A stretch of 64,000 nt of DNA. Source: Azolla caroliniana (lineage: Eukaryota; Plantae; Polypodiophyta). The stretch is taken from assembly GCA_043228905.1 (NCBI GenBank), contig JBHGNT010000011.1:20088001-20152000 (forward strand). Direction: 5' to 3'. The notes under the pieces were generated by a model. That model was not told where the DNA came from. It ran no database searches and worked only from the letters and a program-made list of their open reading frames with translations. Below, one piece after another: positions 55,830 to 64,000 of the stretch (positions are counted from its first letter, which is position 1; each line of letters begins with the position of its first letter). Both the position numbers and the translations under genes were made by a program.

Positions 55830-58800
55830 TACAATTGTTGTGATCACATGTTTCAAAGCTACTTAAGCTCACTACAAACAATATAATATGTAGAAACATG
55901 AAACATGCAACTATATATGAAATTGCTTAATACAACAAATAACAGAGACTATATATTCACTATAAAAGTTGAGAGGTTCATATTAGTGAAAATCCTATTT
56001 CATATGTTTGGCTAGCTTTTTAGCAACCTCCAAATATACAAAATCCCTCTTGATAAAGGAGTACAAATTCCTTAACATTTTTTTTCGCGAGAAAATATAC
56101 AAGGCCATTGAACTTCTTTTTACCTAGTCATGAAAATAGTTTATAGTTCCTACACATGCATTGTCAACCCCAAATGTACATTATATGGTACATATTTTTG
56201 TTTCCCCTCGATATTAGTGCAAGGAGAAAGAGTATCCTACAAGAGTCCTCGATCAAGAGTTCAAGCCCTTGTGGGTCATATTCCCTTGAGAGCGAGAACT
56301 TTACACGAACTATTATTGATGCAAACAAAGTAAACCACTTTGTTTGCCCTAGGTTACGGACAATGGCTCACTAGCTTCTTCTAGGTACAAGTGTGCTTTA
56401 TTGGTGCATTAGCATGTAGTTGGGCTATACAGGCACTTTCAAAGATTTTTATTCATATTGCTATGTTTCGTCACACCATGACTAGTGTGTCAACCTTAAC
56501 AAGCAAGGCCACATCGTTTGTATTGTATCAACATTAGGCTTGAACAAAATCCCCGATGGTGTGAGCATTCTTATTGAGGTGTCAAGTTGTCAATGTGACG
56601 ATGCGATGATGATTTCCTTTGTCTATGTTTGAGTCGTGGTCTTGAAATTTTGTTTTAACAATCACATCCTAACCTTTCCTATCTAGTAAAATGGTTGATC
56701 ATCTACTTATGCCCCGCAATATTATTTTTTTTCATGGAAATCAGCCAATAATGCTATGACAACTCCAAATTGTCTTTTTTTTCTCTTACTATAGTTCCCT
56801 TAACCTCGATGAGGATATGTTTCACATTCTCTTGCCAAAATTACCTTATGCTTCTATTTCTTCAATAATATGGAGTCCATGATAGTTTCTCACCTAAAAA
56901 GAATACCTTTTTTTGTAGCCTTTGTGTTCTCTATTTTTGATATTGAAGGAATGCTATTCCTCTTGTCGCATTGGGTTCACCTACCCTCACCGTGAGCATT
57001 CATTTTGTCTCCCTATGATAGAGACATTGAGCACGATAATACCTAGTAACTTTTCCCCTCTCCTCTCGTTCCTTCACAACAAAGTGGACAATTCAACCAT
57101 GGATTTGCACTTGTTATGAGATAAGAAAGGTAAATAGGTAAAAGCTAGATTGTGCTTGCTTGATGTGGATTAACCAGAAAGAGAGAAATATATGAAAAAA
57201 GTTAGATGACATTCCATGCAAGAAGAAGAGAGAGAACAAACAATTCAAAATTTCATACAAATCGTTAATAGGAAGAGGTTCATCAAGACTTAGTGAAAAA
57301 TAATGTCAATTAATAAATTATGTAAGTCATTGGAGAGAATGAACAACTCAAAATGTGATAAAGCTCACAGTTTCCTTTCTTATCGAGAACGAGAAAGAAA
57401 ACAGGGGGGTTCATTTTGCACCATATTTAATTTGTACAAAAGGATTTTATTAGCGTCACACACACACATATTGTGAAGTCACATAAAGGAAATTGAAGAA
57501 AAAAAAGAAATGGATATTCGAGATAGAAACTCGTTTTCTCAATTGAGTTTATAGTTGCATTTTCCCATGTTCCATAGATAATAATTTTTAATGGGCCCAT
57601 GAAATTATACAATCTACTATTATGTACCTTCATTGAATACTCCGCAATCTATGGGGGCAAACCTTAAACAATTTGCCATTGCATGGGTCCAAGTCAACTT
57701 TTTGATTGGCATGGACTAAAGTGAAGTTACCTATGTTTATGGATCAATGGTAAAAAATCTCAAAGAATAAAACAACTTATTATGTCTATATCCTTCTAAT
57801 TTGAAAATTGAAACAAAGGAAAAATTTTGAGGTAGATTCTCATCTCTTGAAAGTGATTTCACACACATTTGCATTTATGAATACCTTTAAATGTTAGAAT
57901 TTAAAATAATACATGGTAACTTTCTATTTATTAGAATCAGTGGAATCTTTTGTCAAAGCGCATGGTCATCTAGTAACGGTTGGAATTTAAAACATGAAAT
58001 AATCTTATGGGGATAAGGACTTTTAATCGAGTAAACAATATAATTATGAATATACATCAACGTGTGATCATCAAACAATTCCACATTGGCTTCATGGTTT
58101 TTGTTATAGTATACCATAAAAGAAGCTCAACATGACACAACATTCTTTGTTTTTTTATGTGATACAAGGCAATGTTTGAGATAAACTCTTTTATGCAATT
58201 GAGCGTTCCGGCTAAATAAATAAAAAAAATTGCTAAATTCTCTAGATGTCAAAGCTCAACTTAGCTCAACATTTTGTGTGTTTTCCCTGTTTTTCTTTTG
58301 TCCACCTTAGTCCACCTTAATGTGAAAACTTATGACAATATGCTTATAAACTTATTTAGTTTTAAAATCAAAGAGTTATGCTTGGACAATGCTAGCTCCT
58401 AGTTACATGGAAAATATGATTAAACACATAGTGAAAGCGCATACAACAAATTGAAGAGTATGAAAAATCTTTATTTATATACTCAAAATCAGAATAAATT
58501 TGAACTTATGTTCTTTTACAATATTCATTGATGAATCATCTAGTCCAGTCGCTTTAAATTAAGAGTAACAATGGTTAAAGTAATTTCTAGTTATCTCAAT
58601 GATGCATAGTTGGTCAATATAACTCCTAATTCAACGAATTCTTGTGCATCCATTTCTAATTCGACAAAAAGTAATAATTAAATTGCTCTATGGGAAAAGT
58701 CAATTTCTTAAGTATTGATTGAGATATACTTAAGTGTTTAAAATTAACAATGGCTTTCAAGTGCCCATCGATGATTACTACAATAGATTGACAAGGGAGC

Positions 58801-60700
58801 TTATTCAAAAAGAATTGTCGTGTCAAGACAAATTTTCAATCCATGAAACAAGAGTTAGCTCATTGAATCTATCAAAGTGTAGCTAGGAACTTGATGATCT
58901 TTACTAAGTATTGAGCTCACCACAATTTGATGAAATGGAACCAAAACTAGGAACTAGATTGTCTAACCATATGGCTCTGAATTTGGAGACTTCCTTGTTT
59001 AATACGTCTTCTAGTTGGCCGAAAACTTCCGATCTATTGGATGACTTAGGTTGCTTGAATTATTTAGATATATCATGAATAAGGTTTCCCAATAGCATTT
59101 GCTTAGTTAACTCGATTTCTTGAATAATTTACCATTATACGTCTTCACCACCACGATATAAGCAATGACTAATGGTTCAGTTGTCATGTTCTCCTCTAGG
59201 CAAAGGTCCTTGACATTCTACCTCGATCTCCATTGATGTGAACATATCCATAAGAATGAGGTTGTACACTCGCCTCGAGCTTTCAACGGTGGTAATGACA
59301 TCATCAAAGTGTAAGTCTACTTTGATCTAGAGTGTCACATTTGTTGGCACTAATAACTCGGTTCAAACAGTTTATTATCTTGTAACAAACAATACTTGAC
59401 TAATGGCTAACTTCTATTAGGATTTAGGATATTCTTAATAAGCAAATCCTTTGCAACATTTTGAAGCCCGTGTTGGAATTAATCCATTGATGTTTCTTTG
59501 TCCCAAGAAATATGATAGATGAGATCCGTGACAGGAGAACACGAGTGGATATCGAACATCACCTCAATGTGTGATGTATAGCATGGGATAACAAGCAATC
59601 ATTGTGTTTAAAAAAGTTCTCCTATCATTAAAAGATCTACGCATGCGTGAACATTTACTTGTAAGGGAGTGATCTCTCTCTTGCCAAGGGTTGAGAGAGA
59701 TAGAATAACTTGCCAAGTAATTGTTCATCCTATAATCACATATAAACCACTAAGAAATGGACTATGCTCTACCCTCCAAATTAGTCGTGCCCTGTTCTGA
59801 CCATTCAAGTAGAAGATTATGTAATTGTTATTGTTCCAGAAGAACACGGTCGCCAACAACATAGGGATTAATGGTTGCAAACTACACTACAAAGGGACAA
59901 TGATGTCTCCCCTCCGAAATTAGTTGTGCTGTTTCAGACCATCCACGAGAGGAACCAAGGTCACGAAATCGTTCCAGCCTAGGAAGAACAAATTGACAAT
60001 ATATGTGGATGTCATGTCGACTACAAGCTATGCAGGGTTGATGCCCCCCCCTGTTGAACCAAATGTAGTGTCCCGTTTCAACTATCTAGGTTATTGAAGG
60101 ACATGAGCCAAGGAAGGACGGGGTGACAACGCGAGCAACATACATATGTGTTGAGATGATCGACAAAGTATACAAGTGTGTAGGATCTATGTATCGACAA
60201 AGTTAAACTCTCCTTGATGTCATTTGCGGAGATGGTTGTCAGACACCTCCGAGCCTCACACTCACTTACCAATTAAAACAATGATTAAGAATAATATCTC
60301 TCTCAAGCTTGCTCTCATAGACAATAAAGTAATGAATATGTTTATTAACCCTCTTTGCTAAGAGGTCTAGCACCAACAAGGAAGAGAGATTAGTGTTCTC
60401 TAACTAAACACTTCATTAATCTCTCATAAGCTTAAGGAATACAAGAAGGAGGAGAGGAAGGTCTAGTTCTTACTCAATAGGGAGATCTTTACAAATGGAA
60501 GAACCCTTACAAAGACACCACAATGTGGTTTATATGGTATTTTCATTTAGGGTATTGATTCTTTCACACTTGGCCTTCCATTAGTTCCCTTTTCCTCTTG
60601 CCATTTCGTTTTTATAGTTCCTCTAGCCGTAGTATGTCCTTGGTGGTGATGCACTCTTCTTCATGACCGATTGTGGTACAATCCAAGCGCTTAACAACGA
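55830..60700. mobile_element. Probable heavily decayed retroelement-derived intergenic DNA
   Basis: No spliceable gene structure found. An LTR-like end (...CAAGCGCTTAACA at about 60684-60696) and codon-like texture are present, but no clean motif or TSD. Confidence 0.3.
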
Positions 60701-61261
60701 GATAGATATACGCGATGATTGGAGAGAGAGCAATCATGGGGTGGGTTGGGCCCCCATAGGTACATATGTGTTTTATGTGCAGTAAAGAGAGAATGTGCTT
60801 GTGTTACTTATATGTATAGTTATAATTTATAATAGAGATGGTCAACTCAAGAAGAGGAGCCAAAAAAGCAGAGTTTCTCTCTCTCTCTCTCTCTCTCTTT
60901 GTCTTGTCTGTCTGTCTGTCTGTCTCTTTCTAATAGAGTTTTTGGAAAGGAAAGGAAAGGTCTCTCTCTCTCTCTTCATCCACCATCAACAATCATCCAC
61001 AATAGAAGAATTGGTCCACGTTTCTGTTTCCTCTCTTGTCTTTTCATCTCCATTCTTCGATTTAATCTTGATCGCCATAGCCGAAGCTTCTTATAATCCT
61101 TCTTTCTTTCTTTCTCTCTCTCTCTCTCTATTATATACATATATATATCACACACACACATACAGAGCCTTTCCCACCCAACAAACTAACTTATATAATA
61201 CATACATATGCCCACCGCCATCGCCATTGCCACCGCTTTTCCTTCTCTCATAGCCTCTAGG

Positions 61262-63957
61262 ATGAAGGTCTTCTTCTCCAAGTATTCTTCTTCTTGTTGC
61301 GCCCAGCTAGGGATTGAACAGCGGCGGATGCTTTTCATCGTCGCCGCTTCATCAGCCGCCACTCTTCTCGAGCATCTCTTCTCTCCCTCCTCTTCCTATT
61401 GGGTGCCTATTCTCCTCATTCTCTGGCTCTCCATGAAGGTACGCCTGCTTATTTGCTTCTTCTTGCTCCTACCTTTTTTCTCATTCTTTTCCTTCATCCT
61501 TCCTTTGTTCTCTCTTCTCTTTGCTTAAGAGGGAATTTCGGATCTTGCATAGATAGGACGGAAAGCGTTCTCTCTCTCTCTCTCTCATAGAGAGATAGGG
61601 ATGAAAAAGATGATCGTAATGATGTTTTCACGTCTTTTTTTTGGGGGGGGGGGCTAGAAACATGAGAGCGAGAGAGAGAGAGAATTCCCAACCGAATGCT
61701 GCTTAGTTTGTAAGGTTGTACGGAAGAGATCAGAAAGCCAAGCATTCCACCCCTACATTCTGCATTGGCATCTAGTGAATGAATTTGATGATATTTGAAC
61801 CCAGTAGGATCTATAATAGTAATGGATCTCAGCAACAGATATCTTGGTTCTTGCAATGGTAAAGAACATAGTGGAATGCGATGCATAATGTGGCTTGAAG
61901 AATTCCACGAGCCATCAAGTCTTCAAACACAACTTGCTTCCAAGGCTTGTCCAAGGGTATGTCTGTCTGAGCATTCTCACTATCCTCCCCTGCTATCTCC
62001 GTAAGGGTAGATGGGGTGTTTGTGAGTAGCAGAGCTGGTGGTCTATAAATGACTGTCTTGCAGATGCTGTGAGGTGATCGGCTGAAATGCGTCGATGGCA
62101 CGATATGGCAAGGTGTCTCAAGGGTGGTCTGATTTGGGGTGGCATTGATTGTTTTGAGCCCACTGTCTGGAATGCCACGTGTGTTTACTTTGAGCAAATG
62201 TTGGCGCAAGGCCTTGAACCAAAAAATATCGAATGGATCTCAATCCTGGTGAGAATATCTGCTGAGTTTGGTTCCTAATGGGAGGAAAGAACCTACGAAA
62301 TATTTCCTTGGTAGCCATGTGCGAACTGGAAAGAACCCAGCTTGAAAATCTGTGTGGCCTAGCTGTGCGAATTGTAATCTAGAGAGGTGTCCTCTGCAAT
62401 GAACCTAGCGAACAATATACCTCTAATACAAAGGGAAAGAAAGAAAGAAAGAAAGAAAATGTTACCCTGGCATCTCTTTAAGGCCCAAATTTCTCTATGA
62501 GACAAATTGGAGGGTGTCATTCAGGTACAAAAGAATGGTATAATTATTGTAGCAATGAAACACAAATACAAGGAATAATGGGGTGCATCAGAAATTGCTC
62601 TTTATGATGAGTTGAAATTACATTTTTGTTACTGTTTTCTCGAAGATGGAATCAAACCATGGGGAACTATCAAAAACAATTCATTTATGTTTTTAAATCG
62701 TTTGAGCAAAAAATGTCAATGGTATATATAGTTCTCATTTTGCTAATGTCAGTTCCCATGTTTGCAGTATGAAAGGCAGCAACGTAAATTACTTGTAGAG
62801 ATGATGAATGAAAGACGGAAGTGGTACATGCAGAATACACAAGTATGTACATTTTTCTGTTGAATAAAGAGTTAAACTTGAACAGAAATTGACTTCTATG
62901 GGTGCTTTTCTTGTAGCCTTTGTCACCATTGGAACCTTGTGAGTGGTTAAACAAGTTGATCATGAACATATGGCCAAACTATATGGAACCAAAGCTTTCC
63001 CATAGGTGTGCTGCCTTGCTGATGGTAAGTAAAGACGATGGTAAGACTAATAACTTGCCTCATCCTGAGTATATTCCTTTCTTCTGGATATATGCAACTA
63101 AAGAAGAAGTAATCGAGACTCCTATTGTCTTCTATTTTCCAGAAAACATTGAAGCAAAAGAAACCAAAGTTCATTGTGAGTATATTAAAAAACATTCTAT
63201 CAGATATAGAGTGCACGTGTCTCTATCAGATATGAACAAAATCTATTGGGTGTCTATGGGCATTGGGTATAGTTTTCTTCTTCAGAATGACCATTTTACT
63301 AGGATATGCAGTAGTTCTCTAATTCGTGGAACTTTGGCTCTCGATGAAGGAAAATATAGAGTTGGAGGAGTTTTCTCTAGGATTAGCACCACCGACTGTG
63401 GGGCTTGATTGCACATATTGGACGAGAGATGGCGATGAGGTTTGATATACTCTTACTAGTTTTTTGAGTGTGGTAATAACCAGTTTTGACATTGCTTTGC
63501 TCTCCCTAATTTCTTGGAATCTCATTCTCTTAATGGAATTTAGTTGATTCTGTGTATAAACTTGAGATGCAGCAAAGTTAAGTTTTGCATCTTTGGTTTC
63601 TAGGAGATCCTTCACACAGGGCTCAATTGGAACTCTGATGAAATGAGCATTGTGTTATCGATGACAATTGCAGGAATAAGAGTAAATGCTGTCATCAGAA
63701 ATTTGCAAGTGAAGGGTGATGTATGATTCTATTTTTGTAAAAAGATTTTGGGTCTAAATGTACTACCCATCTTTAATGTCAATTTGGTCTATATATGTTT
63801 TACTTTAAATATGTATTTCATTTTCACTTTTCACAGCTCAAGATTGTACCTGTTCTTCATGGAAAATGCGTCCTATATTCGTTTGAATCACCTCCTGAAG
63901 TTCGGATAGGTGTGACTTTTGGTGTGTTGGAAATACCCGGCATTGCTTCTCTCCTGG
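61262..63957 (+). CDS. Synaptotagmin-like SMP/C2 protein (NTMC2T3/SYT6-like), 5' part; continues beyond the window
   Basis: Exons 61262-61438 (TM, WVPILLILW), 62768-62842, 62917-63024 (PLEPCEWLNKLIMNIWPNYMEPKLS), 63143-63175, 63350-63439 (IELEEFSLGLAPP), 63604-63720 and 63837-63957 (LYSFESPPEVRIGVTFG), all GT-AG. Confidence 0.88.
62080..62300 (+). pseudogene. Possible degenerate PPR-motif remnant in intron 1 of the SYT-like gene
   Basis: WNA..YFEQMLAQGLEPKNIEWISIL resembles the PLS-PPR consensus WNA..LFEQMxxxGxxPxxxTFxSIL. Confidence 0.4.
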
Positions 63958-64000
63958 TTTGTTTTGGCTTTTTGCGCAAACATGTTGAAATCTGGAAGAT

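Noticed and set aside
60795-61590. Long hydrophobic ORFs near the SYT-like start
   Set aside because: Products of CT/TC microsatellite-rich UTR and intron sequence.
1-64000. Novel multi-gene system or biosynthetic cluster
   Set aside because: The five genes belong to known, functionally unrelated plant families, and nothing in the sequence supports co-function.

Overview
AT-rich, intron-containing land-plant nuclear DNA. A non-flowering vascular plant such as a fern is plausible but cannot be proven from the sequence. Five apparently intact spliced genes were identified by motif recall and splice-site reading: an LPR1-like (CotA-type) multicopper oxidase (+, 18743-21053), the plastid ABC1 kinase ABC1K8/OSA1 (-, 23901-30485), a DUF1296/GIP1-like gene (-, 34036-39408), an At1g18700-like J-domain/thioredoxin-like membrane protein (-, 42685-54679), and the 5' part of a SYT6/NTMC2T3-like SMP-C2 gene (+, from 61262). 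The first 6.2 kb holds an intronless UPF1/SEN1-type helicase pseudogene fragment and a truncated, decayed duplicate of ABC1K8. Comparing that duplicate with the intact gene reveals three hAT-type MITE insertions with exact 8-bp TSDs, and a fourth related MITE lies nearby. Also present are an internally deleted Ty1/copia element with both LTRs and TSD (12344-16126), LINE and Ty3/gypsy remnants, foldbacks, tandem repeats, and a dense G-box/ABRE cluster upstream of ABC1K8. I found no evidence of a wholly new multi-gene system. The most interesting items are the CATAG-ended hAT MITE family with built-in empty-site controls, a J-domain with HPD changed to HED on a GC-AG micro-exon, and an intronic 30-bp hairpin.
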